Notes: generated from the letters alone by a model not told the origin. 64,000 nt of DNA from Guillardia theta CCMP2712 (GCF_000315625.1 NW_005434495.1:28153-92152), one strand, 5' to 3'; counted from the stretch's first letter, positions 27,302 to 43,394 are shown. Numbers and translations: made by a program.

Positions 27302-27700
27302 CAGAAGAAAGCCATGGCTTTCATGCGTCACTGCTGAGGTAGGCAGACCTCCATTGCTCTTGATTCTGATTCAACAGTACAGCTCATCTCACTAGTACTC
27401 TAGTCTTGAAGATTCACCTGGTGCTCGAAGGTCGTTTGACCAACGCTTCCGGCAGGCCCTAACCCTCACCCACCCCTTGATTTTATAACCCTCAAATTTC
27501 CACTCGAGAACCCACCCTATAAACATGGTTGTATAAAACGAGTGTTTTACCACCCCCTCCTCAGACCAATTCCGGGTGGTCAGACTGAGAATTTTTATGC
27601 ATGGAGCTGTGTTCCGCTTCCAGTCCCCTCGCCCCCCCTGTCGAGCGTCCGAGCGCTCCCTCCTTGCTGCAGCCTCTCCGCTCTCTCATCTGAAAGCTGT

Positions 27701-29036
<1,336 letters not shown>

Positions 29037-29829
29037 TCCTTGATTGACGCCAGGACAGAAGAAATTCAGGAAAGCAAAAACAAAAATTTATTTCCGAACA
29101 AAAATGATGTGATTTTTTTGTTGTTAAAGAAAGATGTACAATATATCAAATTACATAATAACACAAGGAATACAGATTGGGATGCAAACTGGCATTCCGT
29201 CGTCGTAATCACCTGAATGGATAACATCAGTTCGTCTTGAGGACATGTTCACTTATTCACCGCGAATGTCATTCAGAGCTCCACAAAAGGGACATCGAAA
29301 CACGGGACCGGGGGCATCAGCTACATTTCGACAGTTGTAGCATGCAACCTGTGTTGCAGTTCAGAACTTCCGCTCCTTGGGCAGACCGCTCCTTGGGCAG
29401 AGGAACAAGTATATGATCATTCAGAAATGACAAGGCTTTGACGAGATCCTCTCCCCTTACCCTGATAGTCGTCGTCGTCGTTGGCTCCACAGCCGTAGCC
29501 ACTGGGATGTCTTGCATCTTCTTCCTCCTCTCGTCTCCTTACCGTCTGCTCAGGGACGTGCTCCACCCACACTCCTGCGAACCTGCGGAAGTTCTTCAAA
29601 CTATGCTTTTTTAACTTAACTTTGAGTAAAGGCTAGTGCCGCAGCTTTGGTGCTCGGAGCTACCCGGTGACCGTACGGCCTGAGGCAAACTATCCCCGAC
29701 TATGAGTAAAAGATCCCCGACTTTGAGTGAACTTATCCGATGATCGGCCGCTGGCCCGGCCGGGCCGGACTCCGACCTGATACCGGGCCCGGGCTAACTT
29801 ACAAGCTTTTTCATTTTACTGTCATGACT

Positions 29830-30980
29830 TCAAGGCTTATGTAGGATTAATACCTCAGCTTTGAGGTCCGGAAACTCTGATTGCTCCAACCACCAGCTGT
29901 TGAATTCATGTTTCGAGCCTGCTTTCCCTCCGGCTTGACTCGATTCGTTCATGGTCTCAGCAATCTGATTCAAGACAACCCTAGAATGCTGCATCACATC
30001 AGCAAATATCATGACAGCTCCCTTCTTTGCTTTTTGCGCTAGAAAACTGTAAAACTCCCAACCTGTTCTCCAATTCAGTGATAGTGAATATCATTCAGAT
30101 TCCTGCAAACCAGTTTTCTTTGCCTTGTCCGAAGTTTCATTTGCGACATATGAGAAGATGAAGAGGTCATAAGTGTTTGCAGCAAGAAAGAGACGCTTGT
30201 TTGCATCATGATGCCTCCCAGCGGTCGCATCACAATGTTCGAATGAAAGCGCGATATCGTTACCCATCAATTCCTAGGGGTTTGAACTCATCAAATACTT
30301 CACCAACGACGGGGTTTCAACCTGTAGGGTAGGAAGATTTCTCCGCCAGCTTCTTTCGTTGTCATAAAGAACGCATTGAACGGTTGCATCCTTCTTTGCA
30401 TCGATACCAAAACCAAGATAATTTCGATTTGCCCAGAATAGTCCGCTGACATCCGTTCCTTTCAAAATCAAAGATAAATTGAGAGCAATCACAAGAGACT
30501 GCGCGCTGCTTGCAAGCATCTCCAAGTCGAGAACACGAACTTGCCTGGTCCACCGCCGATGGAAGCGACTCGCAGAAGAGGTTTTGACGACATGCTTTTG
30601 GTCAAGGATTTCTGTAGAGCCGACCGAAGATCAGGCACGACCGACGAGTTTGGATTGAGAATATTTCCCACAATCGAGTACAACAAGAGTCCCCGTCGCT
30701 CAAACTTGGTGCTGTAGTAGAGATGATGCAGCGCTTCTCCGGAGAATTTGATCCCCTTGGTGTCCTGCCCGTGAGCTAAGTTTGCTAGTCTCTGCTTCGC
30801 TTCCATCATAGACTTCTCATTGATGCCCCCCTGTGCTCTACGCTCCACACTCTCCATCATCTGGAATCGACCTGTTGCAAACCACTCCAAGACATTCTCC
30901 GGAATTTTCAAGCAACTCCGTTTGAGCGTCTGAGCGATTGGAAGTTTGGCTGTCTTGCTTGTAACCTTGGTTCGGGTCAT
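29830..30980 (-). CDS. Putative SAM-dependent methyltransferase-fold protein
   Basis: Motif I-like LRVASIGGGPG; VLYDNERSW; FEHCDAT; YDLFIFSYVANE; KKGAVMIFAD. Confidence 0.6.
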
Positions 30981-31555
30981 GATCTCTTATCTTGTTATGG
31001 CGTGACTTGAATAAAAAAAGCCTGCAAAGACAAAAGTCATGTAAATCCGATCAGATGCGACAGATGCAATGGAAGGGGGCTGATAGCTTTTTTGGCAGTG
31101 TTAGATCTTGCAAGCGTTGCTCAATAACCACGAAACTCCCAGCAAGATGACAGAACAAGAGACACCTGCAAACAGTCTCTTCGTAACATCATCTCCCAAT
31201 CTCTCTAGGGAATACATAGCCTATCTCGCCATCTGCCGCGGGCTTGCTCTGCTGTTCAGACTTGATCGCTAATGCGGGGGATAGAGTGCAAGGGGAAGGG
31301 TACTTGGGGAGTATTTGTACGAGGGTTTCGGTGTGGGGAATATCAAGATAAGACTCAAATAAAAAAACGTAGGACAATTGTTCCCCAGTGATCCTGCTCC
31401 CCGACCGCAAAACTTGACGGATGCTTGAGATGGGAGGGAGGGGAGAGCAGAGGGGATGGGGAGGAATCAGCTGAGCCAAGGGGGTGTGGAACTGATACAG
31501 TCACGCTTTTGACAGTTTGCTCAATATGTGTTCATGTCCTAGTTTACAATCAGAA

Positions 31556-32929
31556 TCATTCCTGGTAGAGTTCAGGAAGAGCCGAGGAAACGCCTCCGTC
31601 AGCGATGAGGTTGACCTGGAAACATAATCGCTCAGCAGACACAGGAACAAGAGAACTGAAGCGACGTAATGAACTCACGCGGCGACCGAGACGAAAGCCG
31701 CTGCCATCCCAGATCACCCAGCGAGAGCCGAGGTTGCCTATGCGGTACCTCCTGCCGCTGATGTCAGAGAAAGCCACACAAGAATCGGCTGCTCTACCGC
31801 TGAGGGTTGCGGTAGCCTGACTTGGCCTTGAGATAAGCCTCCACCTGCACCTCAGCTCACTGGAGGCCTGCACGCATAGACGCGCAGGTCACCGCATAGA
31901 TGACGCCGGCATGGCAAACGACGACCACTCGCTGTCCGGGATGCTGCACAAGCAACCTTACCCAGCTGATCCAATCCTCCTGCTCTCTTACGCACCTGCA
32001 TTCGAACATAATCTAGCGCTGAGAAAACGCGGGGGAGCACCTGAAGGTGAGGTCAGAGGTGGGAGCAGGACGCCACAGACACTACCATGTCATCGGTCTC
32101 ATACGAAGGGGGCAACAATCTTCGCTTGAGATATCCTGTGATCGCAAGCGCGTGAGGCAAGTCGAGTCATTTCAGAAATGGAGAAAAGAATGTATCAAAG
32201 AGGAAAAAGACGATCACCTGGCCACTTCTGCTGAACCTCTTCATATGTCAAACCTGCGCCCACGTCGATTTCTCGTCGTCACAGTATCATTCTTCTGCTT
32301 TACCTGACCATTCTCCAACGCTTCGCTCCCTGAATCTTTCATCTTCCATGATCTGATGTGAGAAGAGTCAAAAATCAATACAAGCTAGAAGATGAAATTC
32401 GAGGGGCGCATCACCTTTCCTAGTCCAGCTTGTGAGGAGAGGATTTGAGCTGTCTGCTTTGCTCGCTTCATGTTGGAGGAATAAACTGCAAATCAGTGAG
32501 GCTCTTCATTTTTTCAGCATTCACCGTCACTTGCGCCGATGTCAGGAATGCCGCCTCCCTCAGCCAACACCTGCGGTCCTCCTGACAGCCTGACAGCAAG
32601 CATGATCAGCACATCTCCCCTTTCCTCCAGGTGCGCTGCCACCTCAAAGCCGCCTGGACTGACTGAGCAACGCCGAGGCTGGAGAGCGACATGTCTGCTT
32701 GACCCTGCCACCTTCCCTCCGCGTTCCAGGTCGACTGTCCATGCCGAACGAGAAGGATTTGGGTTGTCGGGCCTGTGGCCTGTTTGCTGCTACCGTCAGC
32801 AGATTTGTTCGACTTCGTCCGTTGCTGCGCAGACTCTTTGGAAGGCGAGAAGTTGACGTTGAAGTTGCGGCGAAGTCTGAATGCCCCGCGAGCAATATCA
32901 GAAACTTGTCCGTCTGGTCTTCTGTTCAT
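31556..32929 (-). CDS. Histidine phosphatase / phosphoglycerate mutase family protein (start approximate)
   Basis: ILLVRHGQSTWNAEGRWQGQADMSLSSLG; YSSNMKRAKQTAQI; VVVCHAGVI. Confidence 0.85.
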
Positions 32930-32994
32930 TCCAAAGCTACGGGAGTTGTTCTTGGAGGACTCTCTCTTTTCCTGCGCGCGAAAGTGATGTCATT

Positions 32995-34389
32995 TTATAC
33001 AGCATGACCAAAAAGCACAAAAGGCTTGTCAAGTACCTGAGGCGGTGCTCGACGATACTGATTGAAGTTTAGCCGATTTTCTATCCCCGAGCTTTCAAGA
33101 TCATCAAGAATTTTCTTAGTCAGCTCCATGTACTTGTCTCTCTCTGCTAATGGTTTGTCTTCCAAGGTGTCCTGCGCACTCATTTCATCACTTTCGACAT
33201 CAAACTGCATGGAGTTTGGCGGTAAAATCCCATCATCATCGCCTGTTTGTACCAGTTCGCCCATTTCCTCATCCTCGTCGGATGAAAGAGGAATCTCTAA
33301 ATCAATCACATCCTCTTTCATTACTTGCGATTCAAGGCTCGGGAAATTCGATACCGGGGGATTAACACGCTGAGCATACAAGTTGAGGAGAGTTTCAATC
33401 CTTTGTTGAAGGCCTTTCTCCCACTTGTCATAAGCATTTCGAATCTTCTTTAGTGATCGTGCACTCTCGCCTCTGCCACGGAGGTTTGACAGGTAAAACT
33501 CGCACATTTGGAGGAATTTGTGGGGACGACGAGCCTGGCGATTCTCCTTCGGCACATCTGACAAGTCTGCCTCCATCAACGGAGCTCTCACTACAACGCC
33601 ATCTTCATCCACTGCCTCCAATGTGATTGAGCAGCTGTCAAGCTTGAGCTCGAGCGGTTTCAGCCTGTTTCCCATCGTCTTGGCGTAGGTGAGAGCCGCT
33701 GACTCGTTCTGAAACCTTCGAACGAGCAGCATCGGCGCACAAACGTCGCGCTCAACGATGATCCCAGCAATATTTGACAGCGCATTCTTGGTGGCCATGG
33801 CAACCTCTTGAATTCCTCTTTGGAACTCTGGAGTCCAGCTTTCTTCGCGCATCACCAGGAACACATTCCAACTCTCTGCTGCTTTCTTGTACTCGACAGT
33901 CGAGAGGTTCAGCGCCAGGGGTATCATGACGGCGACAGTTTGATTCACCTCGTTTGCCACTCGTTGAAAATCCTCGAGCGTCAAACGCGGATAGACGCCC
34001 CCGCTGCAGATCTTCTGCCGGACATTCGGCGAGTTCAGTGCCAGCTGAGATTCCTGCGAATTATGAGAAGAGTCGAAGTGAGGGAGGAGGGACAGCACCT
34101 GGATGACCCTCCTTGAGATTCTCCAACAGATGTAAAACCCTTGGCCGTCATCTGCTCCTGCTGCGGCAGCTTCCTGGTAGCTGTTACTTGGATATAGCAT
34201 CTTGGCACCCTTGCTCCTGGTGCATCGCGGCGAGGCTTCACAGCGAGGAAGCCGGTTCGCTCTCAACGATGAGAGAGAAACGTGCGAGACGGAATTAAAA
34301 TGAATAGGACTGAAAACATCGACAAAGGACGTTGACGAGACTAGAAGCACAAAGAGAATGTATTGGCGCAGAAGAAGTTTGCTGGACAT
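32995..34389 (-). CDS. Hypothetical protein with bipartite (signal + transit peptide) leader, probably plastid-targeted
   Basis: Long single ORF; MSSKLLLRQYILFVLLVSSTSFVDV-FSP followed by an S/R-rich segment. Confidence 0.65.
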   Translation of the reverse strand: MSSKLLLRQYILFVLLVSSTSFVDVFSPIHFNSVSHVSLSSLRANRLPRCEASPRCTRSKGAKMLYPSNSYQEAAAAGADDGQGFYICWRISRRVIQVLSLLPHFDSSHNSQESQLALNSPNVRQKICSGGVYPRLTLEDFQRVANEVNQTVAVMIPLALNLSTVEYKKAAESWNVFLVMREESWTPEFQRGIQEVAMATKNALSNIAGIIVERDVCAPMLLVRRFQNESAALTYAKTMGNRLKPLELKLDSCSITLEAVDEDGVVVRAPLMEADLSDVPKENRQARRPHKFLQMCEFYLSNLRGRGESARSLKKIRNAYDKWEKGLQQRIETLLNLYAQRVNPPVSNFPSLESQVMKEDVIDLEIPLSSDEDEEMGELVQTGDDDGILPPNSMQFDVESDEMSAQDTLEDKPLAERDKYMELTKKILDDLESSGIENRLNFNQYRRAPPQVLDKPFVLFGHAV

Positions 34390-34926
34390 TTGACGTTGTC
34401 CAAAGAAACTAATACACAAGAAAAAGGCACCAATACAAAGATAGGTTTCCCTTCATCAAAGAATATGCAAAATCTACCGAAGATGGGGAGGAGAAGGTGG
34501 AAAGGGGGAAGAGGGTTCAGCGATGCTTCGGACGCAACAGGAGCAATCGACCAAAAGGGTGGGAGAAGTTTTAGGAATCAGGAAGGGGAGGTTCCAGATG
34601 AGAGCGAGGAGATGATGGCAGGAGAGGGATGCTGAGGGAACAGGGAAGGCGGATGCTCTAAAGAGCAGGGGCGGGAGGAAGCGGAGGAGGGGCGAGGAGG
34701 ATGCGGATCTTCTCTCATGGCGGATCCGCAGGGGCCATCATGGAGGGGGCTGGAGGTAAAAGAAGACTAAAAACTTTCGCAAACTAAACCTTGCACTGAA
34801 CTAAACATGGAAGAACTTTTTCTCAGTTAAGTTTAGCAGGAGCCTCTCGATGGCTCAGGCAGTCTGCTATGTTTCCAACAAGAGACACTTGGAGACGCTT
34901 TCAAAACTTTTACTCCTTCCTAAAAC

Positions 34927-35190
34927 TTACATATCCTCCTCCTCCTCCTCCTCCTCCGTCCTGCGACGCTTTCGAACCATGATGAAGCCTTCCTCCTCCA
35001 CTGGCTTCGCGTCACTGTCCGCACTGCTCTCAGAGCTTGTGGTGTAGAGCTGATTGTTTGTGTCTGAAGTAGAACGTCAACTTTCGCTCGTTCCTTTGGC
35101 AGCTCAGCCTCTCATGCCCTTGGTCTCCTTCCCTTCCCTTCTCTCCCCTCCCTCCTGCCCGCCCGCCCCCCTCCTTCCTTCCTCGGGTAT

Positions 35191-35277
<87 letters not shown>

Positions 35278-38200
35278 CCCTTTCTAGTTTCTGGCCACAT
35301 CCGGTTTCTTACCGTCTTGTATGATCTCCAAACTCCTGCACCCCTGGTACACCAACCCGAGTATGGTAAGCCTACCAAGCTCCCCGTCTTCTTTCGGTTC
35401 CGTCCCATGTGCCTCCCCTAGGTCGATCTGATAAACCTCCGCCACCTCCTCCACTGCGCACTGCAGCAGTTTCCCTTCCATGCGGCTGCGAGGCCAGACG
35501 CCTACGAGAGGTGACAAGCAGGATGTGAGCAACAGGAGGCGACGAGGCGAGCCTACCAGACACGCGATAGCCCTCGGGCACGCTGAGACTCCAAGTAGCA
35601 TGAAGCTTGACAAGCTCGAGAGACGCGTGGAAGAAACAGCTGCGAGAAGTCAGAGAAGGAGCAGACGAGAAGGAGGAAAACCTCAACGCTTGTCCTCGCT
35701 TCTCCGGTGATTCGACTCCCATAGACACGAAATTCAAGAACTTGCTCAACTTCCTCCTCAACGCCACGAAGATGCGCATCACTACCTTCACGATCTGCTA
35801 CTCTCTCAGCAATGCTGAGGTTCCCATCAGTCTGCGAACCTGCAGCTTAACGGCGACGATGACGGAAGATGTCGACTTGATCAATTCACGAAAGGTGATA
35901 AAGCACTTAGTGATAGCGATTACCCATATGTAAGCAACATCCTACGATTGAATCAGATCTCATTTCAATCCTGCCTCCTCCTTCTCTTTCACTCCATTCC
36001 TCCCCCATCACCGCATTCAATTCAACACGTCCTCTACCTCCTCCCTCCTATTTCATTATTTGGATTTGCCTGTTGGACTTACTTTTCCAAACATCTTCGT
36101 TCCATCTGGGATTTCTGACAGAGGAAGCGAAAGAAATCCCAGAACAGGCAGGAGAAGCGCCTCAGTGAACTCAGGAATGGATTGAAATGTTTCTGCGCAC
36201 GTATGAATACTATCACAAGTCGCTCAGACACACCTGGACGGTCGTCCCTGAGAGCAGCTAACAGCTCTCGGATGCATTGCAAGGCTGAATCGAATGAAGT
36301 TGAGACTAGCGCTGCGATCACCATGTCAATGGATCTGTCATCATAAACGGGTGTCAACCTGTTTCAAGAAAGAACATGTAGGGAATGGAAGAAACCAACT
36401 TCCCGCCTTTGGCATGTTCGGCTAAAATCTTACAGTGCATCATCAGAGACTGGAATGCAACAGAGTGAAAATTCTCACGAGGGGAGGAGGATAAAGAAAC
36501 GATTGACAATTTAGCTTGTGATGAGATGAGAAAATTGACTTCGCAAGTTGAAGTGCAACATCTGAGATTTGAGCTTCTGATTTGCCACCTGCGAGCAATT
36601 AGAAGGTGACATTCTCTTTTTGTTTGCTTACAAATCTTCAAGAGGCGCAGGAGGAGTGAGAGATGTAGGCTGGCAAGTCCGCTATCTTCCACTCTGACGT
36701 ATCCATCTCAGAGGATACTCTCTCTGTCCCCACAACTCTTTCTCCATCTCTCTTGTCGTTTTTACCGCTCCCTCCTCTTCTCGTTTCTCTGCTCTACTTG
36801 TTTCCCTCTCGTTCGTCCTCCCCATTTCTTCTTTTCACTCCGCTCACCGGTCCGTGAGCTTCTTGAAGAATTCATATATTCTCTCCCAACGGACATCTGA
36901 CGGCTGTTAGGCTCCTTACAAGGAGCAGCAGGGCATCACCGTCATCAAATTCATCACGTGCGGCAGTTCGCTGCAGACATGCTCAGAACGCTTCTCATCA
37001 GACCTGTCCTCACCATTCCAACAAAGAAACTCTTTTCAACGTTTGCAAGCTGCTCGCCTTTGATGGCCAACTCAAGAAACATGCAGATTGCTACTCTTCA
37101 ATCAGAGCATCAACGAGCAGGAGCCCGGCATACCTTCATACAGCTCGGAGATGAGATCCATGTAATCAGATATGAGATTGCCCTGCTTACTATGGTCAGT
37201 AGCAGTCAGCAAGGTCACTTTTGTCGATTGCATTCATCAAAACAGTGATCAAGTCTCACTTTGTTGTTCTTGGTATTTTGTACTCGATGACTCCGAAGTT
37301 GATCCAAACAATTAATAAGCTGCAAAATCTTTCAACTTTCCTTCCTCTTCCTTGCCCCCTTGTCCCCGTTTCACTTATCCACTTCCAAACTCACTCCTCT
37401 CCTCACTTTCCCCTTGTATTCCTTGCAGTCACTAACATCACCTCACCTGCACAGGCAACCAACTGACAAATCCAGTGCTGCAACAAGTCGCGACCTTATA
37501 CGGGAAATCGTCGTTATCATTATCATCTGAGATTCAACGAGTGAATGAAGTCGAAGGAGACTCGTCCTCAACCCCCTCGCTTCTCTCTCTTTCCTCTCTG
37601 CTTTCTCCTTCTTTCCTTCTCTCCTTGTTTCTCCTCTTATCTGCCTTCCATGTCATTGGTTACCTTTGCTGTAAAGAATGCGGGTCAAGCTATCATCAGC
37701 TTCACGTGCACACAGGCGAGCGGCAACGGTGACGTCATCGTCATGACTGCAAGAGAAGAATCCTCGCGTTCTCAGCTCGTCCCTCAGCGTAACGTTCCAC
37801 TCCCGCATCATCTGCTCGCATTCAGTCTAGGCATCCCCAGCCGGTGACCACCTGCAGCATGGCAACTAATTGCTCATCATCCGTCTGCAACATGACAAGA
37901 ATCTTCGGGAAGATGCTGAAAGCGCAATCCGGAGAGATTGGAAGTCCTGCAAAGGCTTTCACGTCCCGCAACTCCTTCATCACATCTCACTTGTCTTCTC
38001 AAGGGACACGATTTCGTGGCGAAGAGATGTAGAAGAAAACTTGAAACCCTTGGAGCCCTACGCATTTGAAATAACAAACGAGTCATTGGAAATGCTTGAA
38101 AGGAGCCAAGACCTTCTTGCTGCCTTCAAAACCTTGTTTTCTGCACTCTGTGAAAACATTTAGAAGAGTTGAAGGCGGAAGCATGGGATATCACGAGAGA

Positions 38201-41200
38201 GAAAGGGAATTATGTGACTGGTGAGATGATGCCAGCAGTTCATTCCCTTGAGTGAAATCATTTCGCACTTCACTCCTCTTCGCCCTCACCTGCATCATTC
38301 GTCCGATCAAGCACGCCATGTCCATCTTGTCTTGGAGGCTTGACCTGAGACTGTCAGTTGAGCAGACAAGCATTTTTGGTGCTCTACTGGCAGTGATGAT
38401 ACTCGTGAAAGTATGCGCACGCAATCTTGAGCGCTGTTGCAGCATTCAACCAACAGCTCCAACCTGCAGCACCACGGGAGGGTCAACGAGCGAAAGTTAC
38501 CAGCAAGGAGATCGCGCGAGAGGGGTGACCTATTCTGATCGCATCCTTCAAGCGCGATGAAAGCTCCTCCATGTCATCGTTGCTCTCGTACAGTTCATGC
38601 AGGTCTGCCGGCATCTCGACCTTTCTTTCCCGTTCATCCAATCGCATCAGAAACATTGATATGCACCTTCCATCCGCACGTCTTGATCGCGATGTCTTTC
38701 CTTGTCAGCCCTTGCAAGTGACATCATCAAACATCATCGAGACCTGCAAGCCTACCGGACGAGTATTGCCAGACATGCAACGCGCTGAAGAATAGAGCAA
38801 CAATCTAAATCGAATGCTCAGTATGTCGCGTAGATAAAGATTGTATGCCACGTTGGAGAATCCTGATTCCAACTGCCAAAGCATGTCAACAATCGTAACT
38901 TTAACCTCATAAGAAGTGATCACATCGATCGAGCAAGTTTCTCTCTCAAACTTGTCAATCGTCTTGAATTTCAATGGTCAGCTCAATCAGAAAGAAGCAG
39001 TTTTCACCTTGCAAACACAGGTATGCAAGCAAACAACAGTCGAGTCGTCGAGCTCCTCTCCCTGGCAACTCAACAGCCCTTTGTTGAGGAGGCATGTCAG
39101 CACCATCCATGCAATCCACTTAGAACTCCGCCTGAGGCTGTAGTTGTGTGGTAAAGAAGACTATGGAAAGAAAGGCTCTCCATTAGGGAAGGGCTCTGAC
39201 AGCAGGTCATAAGAAAACATCTCACTTTAGCCAACCTTGATGGCCATTAGCACACAAACTTTGTAGAGATCAGCAGAACCGATCCACCTAGTCTGGGTCA
39301 AACGATTGATCTATAACACACTCCTTTCTCTGCCTTTCTCCACCCAGCTCCACCTCTCCCCCGCTCTCAACTACGAAGATTCAGCCTTCCGAGTCAGTCC
39401 TTACAGTGGATGAAATTGTAGACGCTTCGCACATCTACCCAACACCTCCAACTCCTGTAAGTCATGATCAAATATGAAACAATTCCAAACAACTGACAGT
39501 TTCTGCAATTTTGTCGTTGGATATCAGAAAACTCGCAAGAATCTTCAAAGGGCAGAATCAGAACTTGAAAATGATTCAGGGATGCTACCAAAGCCGCGGA
39601 AAGAGACGAGGGGCATGACCGAGCGAATAGCTTTTGGACTAAGAGCATGGCAGATGAAACAGCGGATCCACGTGCCTCTTGCTCGTTGCTCTCTGCATTT
39701 CCTTCTTGCAAGGTTGATGTGACGTGGGTGCTGCTGATCTTCTCGTCATGCCAGCATTCACAGACAGGCTATCACCATGTGGTTGTGTTGCCCATCCCCG
39801 CGAGGACGCAATGAAGTACGAAACGATCACACCTCGAAACGTTCTGTCGTTGTTCTCAAGCGAAGACAAAGTCATCACAAAATTGTACCTGCGATACAAA
39901 TTGAACTGAGAGATCATTGCACTCGTCCATCTGTGCAATCGAAAAATGTCATCTCAAGAAACGAGCAACGTCTCCTTCCTCTCTCGGATATTGCAAACAA
40001 AGCTTCATAAACGTGCGAGCTGCAATCCTTGCACTTGTAATATCTATAAAACTTGCACATCATGATGGAAATGAATCAGGTGGGAAATTTCTGTGACCTC
40101 TATTTCCCTCATTCGAGTCGTTTTCAAGAGGGTTTGTAGGAACAAGGCTGCGTTGACGGATAGATAAGGAGCGAATAGAATGAACATCTTGTTACACAAG
40201 ATGGAGCTTACAAGTGAGGGGTGGTGCAAGCCGCAAAGAGAGCAGTGCAGACGTGCTTGCGCAATTGCGGGCGTTGAGTAAGAATAATCTGAAAGACGAC
40301 ATCATGAAAGAGGTAGAGAGCGCACGACGCTTGGAACCTTCGACACTTGCCAAATGGGCGAGAACATTTTCATTTGAATCACTCTTTTTGAATGGCCACT
40401 TCGATCCTTGATGCTAACGGTCAAGTTGCATGAAGTAACAGCTTGGGTTCACCTGGGAGGTTACAGGTTGTCGCAAAAGGGCATACAAGGTCTCCATGAT
40501 CGTCTCATTGGCACTACTATGTGCAACTACTTGGTGTAAAAGATAAACAGAGATTTCATACAAGATTCGTACCTGCTTGCTTCAAACTTTCCAAGATTCC
40601 ATCACACTGATCTTGATTGCGATCCAAGAAAGATCGGAGGAAGGCAGAGCGGAAGGCTTCTTTGGCTGCAAGTCTCTTGTTTGCAACTTTGACATCAACA
40701 TGAATCATTCTTGACCCGTACAGAGAGTTCAAGAGACCTCGAAATAGAGCGATCAAGACGAAGAGGTCCAGTGTGGATAGATGATTGCCCCCTCTGATGT
40801 CCTTCAAGCCCGCAAAGAAAGCCTACTGAGAGTTAGATCGTCAAGCTTCACAAGCTCGGAACCTTTGCAAAGAATGGGCGTGTACGAATGGAAGAGACTA
40901 TAGATCCATGTAGAATGTAAGAGATTTCAACTGGAACATTCTTGCAGCCTTCGCGGATGGAATGAACCTTTAGCGAATTCAGATCTCTTAAGAGAAATCA
41001 TGTAAGATATGTCAGTAAGGCTTACAATGTGACAAGCATTGCTTTGTGTTGTAATTTGGAGCATTGCCTATGACGCAGATATGAGCTTATCATAATACTC
41101 CAACAGAATTCGATCGTCACGTTCACAACAACGGGCACGTCTTGATCCTTGACAACTTTCAAAGATCCTGAGACAAGTTAGGCGACTGCTCTCGAAGCAG

Positions 41201-42000
41201 AAGATTCCGCACCTGATATCAGTTCCAAGAAGCTTTCTCTCTGACTTATGCTCAGGTCGAGCTTCGTCACATGTCAGCCTTTTGATAACGCATTCCTGAC
41301 TCACCTCAGAAATGGAGCCGATGATGGGAACAAGGAGATCGCGATCCGAGTTCAAAAGGTCTCTGTACGTATCGAGGACCGGCGACAACTTCGACAGCAT
41401 AAGAGGTCTCTTCAATCGCTTTTTAATCGCTCACCTGCTCGGCTGAGCTCCCTGCAGCAGCGAGTGCAATACTTTCCATTTTGTCAGGACAGAAAACTCT
41501 ACACGAATCGACATCACCTATTGATGACTGGAACTTTGTGTTCTACAGTCATGAGCAACTTTGGCATATGGTTTTGTGAGGACAATAAAAACACGAAACG
41601 CATTCAAACCTCAAGCATCATATCAAGCAAGAACTGGTCCGAACTGCACGTTGTGGCAAGAAGCCGAAGGATCTTTTTGAATTCTTGTTCCCTTACGATC
41701 ATCATTACTACACGCTCACACACCATTGGTTGATATACTCTTCTGCATTGGTTTGCAATCTTCGCACGAGGAGTGCCGCGGTGGCCTTGGGAAAGGGTTA
41801 CAATGACATGAAGGCAGCCAGGTTCTCACCAGCCGCGAGTCTTCTGCCTGCAGCATGGGAGTGGCGACCTGCAGGTCGATCAAACGGCCACCAGCAAGAG
41901 GCATCAGGAGTTCGAAGAAGAGGTAGCAGGAGACGAGCAAGGAAAGGCTCACCTGCATCAGAACCGCCATGTCCGCCGTGAGAATCGCGTCCTCATCCAT
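34927..42000 (-). CDS. FANCD2: FANCD2-like protein (many short introns; continuity of 3' half inferred)
   Basis: VLDTYRDLLNSDRDLLVPIIGSISE|LDL...KDQDVPVV and AFFAGLKDIRGGNHLSTLDLFVLIALF resemble conserved FANCD2 N-terminal segments. Helical exons continue to an acidic C-terminus ...RRTEEEEEEDM*. Confidence 0.6.
35191..35278 (+). repeat. (GCCT)n microsatellite (intronic)
   Basis: Directly visible. Confidence 0.95.
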
Positions 42001-42139
42001 GTTGGCGGGACAGAGGTAGGAATGCAATCCAAGGCAGAACACACATTTTCATAATGATTATTTGCTGTCTTTCAGAAAACAATAAAATTAAAAATGAGGC
42101 GGATCCGCTCTCATCCTTTTCTCCCTCACCTGCAGGATC

Positions 42140-43331
42140 ATGGCGCGGTGGAGGTTGATTGTGCTGCTACTTGTGCAGCTTCCCGCGGCAATGGGGTTCC
42201 TCCTATCTTCTCCCCTCCTCTCTTCCTCCTCTTCTTGTGTGTCCATGTCCTCGTCCATGTCCCGGCTGTTGCCTCGAAGCGTCAACCTGCAATGCAACGG
42301 ACAGTGGGTGCAGTACGCAGCCGAGGTTCAACGACGAGATCCAGGGCGACTGATGCCACTGAAACAGCTTCCGCCCAACATCATCATACGTCCCGCAAAC
42401 AAGTTCTGTAATGAGATCATGGAGTGCAATCTGCTGGCTGAACGTGTCTCTTCCAGCCGAAGTGCCACTTTCCAAAATTGGGGCTATGATGAGGAACAGT
42501 GATCTAAACAATTTGGATATGAGGAATATCTTTCAGGTTTCTCAGAAAGCGATGGTGTGAGTAAATTGAATCAATACTTTTAGTTGTGCAGTGAAATGGG
42601 AGGGTACGGAAAGATTGATGAATTCAAGATGTACTTCTTGGAGCAGGTGGACGAGACAGAGCTTAATGGTATTTGACGATCTTGTCAGGGCTGGCGAAGC
42701 TACCTGGTGGCAGAAGACACAAATACGGGAGAAGTGGTTGGCTGTGCTCAGTTGACACGCATTCAGCTTGGTGGATACTTTTACATCAAAGATGATCTAC
42801 AGATCAAGAATCTGTTTGTGAAGCCAGAGTATCACAGAATGGTCGTCAACTTCCTCATCATCCTCCTCTTCTTTATGATTCTTCTTGGCAGGGCATCGCA
42901 AATCACCTCATTCATGGTCTGCTGCAGAGGCTGAAGCCCCGTGAGGTGTTGGCCTTGGACTGTAATCTCCTGTGGGAGTGACTCGTGCTCTGTGGTCAGC
43001 GTGCATGGAGCCTAGCGAGCAAGGACTCAGAAGCATTCTTTCTTCTCTTCGCGTGGGAGACACCTGTATCCGTCCTTGCTCTTTGACGCTTTATTAGATC
43101 TGGTTTTGTTGGACTGACGTGGAGTGAAGTCGGTCGAGTGTTCCCTGGGCTGCTGTGGTGGTTGATGTGGCCGTAAGGAGAGCAACTTGCTGTTTGCCAG
43201 CGATAACAATCTTCATAGATTTCACCTTCAACGCTTGGCTGATCCCAGCACAATCTACTTTGCTGCCGAAGGTCGTGGAGATGATAAGGCGTACAATCCT
43301 GCTGGTTAAGAATTTTATGATCCCACCCTAA
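42140..43331 (+). CDS. GNAT-family acetyltransferase with bipartite plastid leader (3' end approximate)
   Basis: MARWRLIVLLLVQLPAAMG-FLLSS leader; YLVAEDTNTGEVVGCAQL...IKNLFVKPEYHRM|GIANHLI (acetyl-CoA binding motif A). Confidence 0.75.
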
Positions 43332-43394
43332 ATTGTTTAGACATTAGAGAATTCATCAGACATCTCGTCAAAGAGACGAGAGAAAGAATCTGAT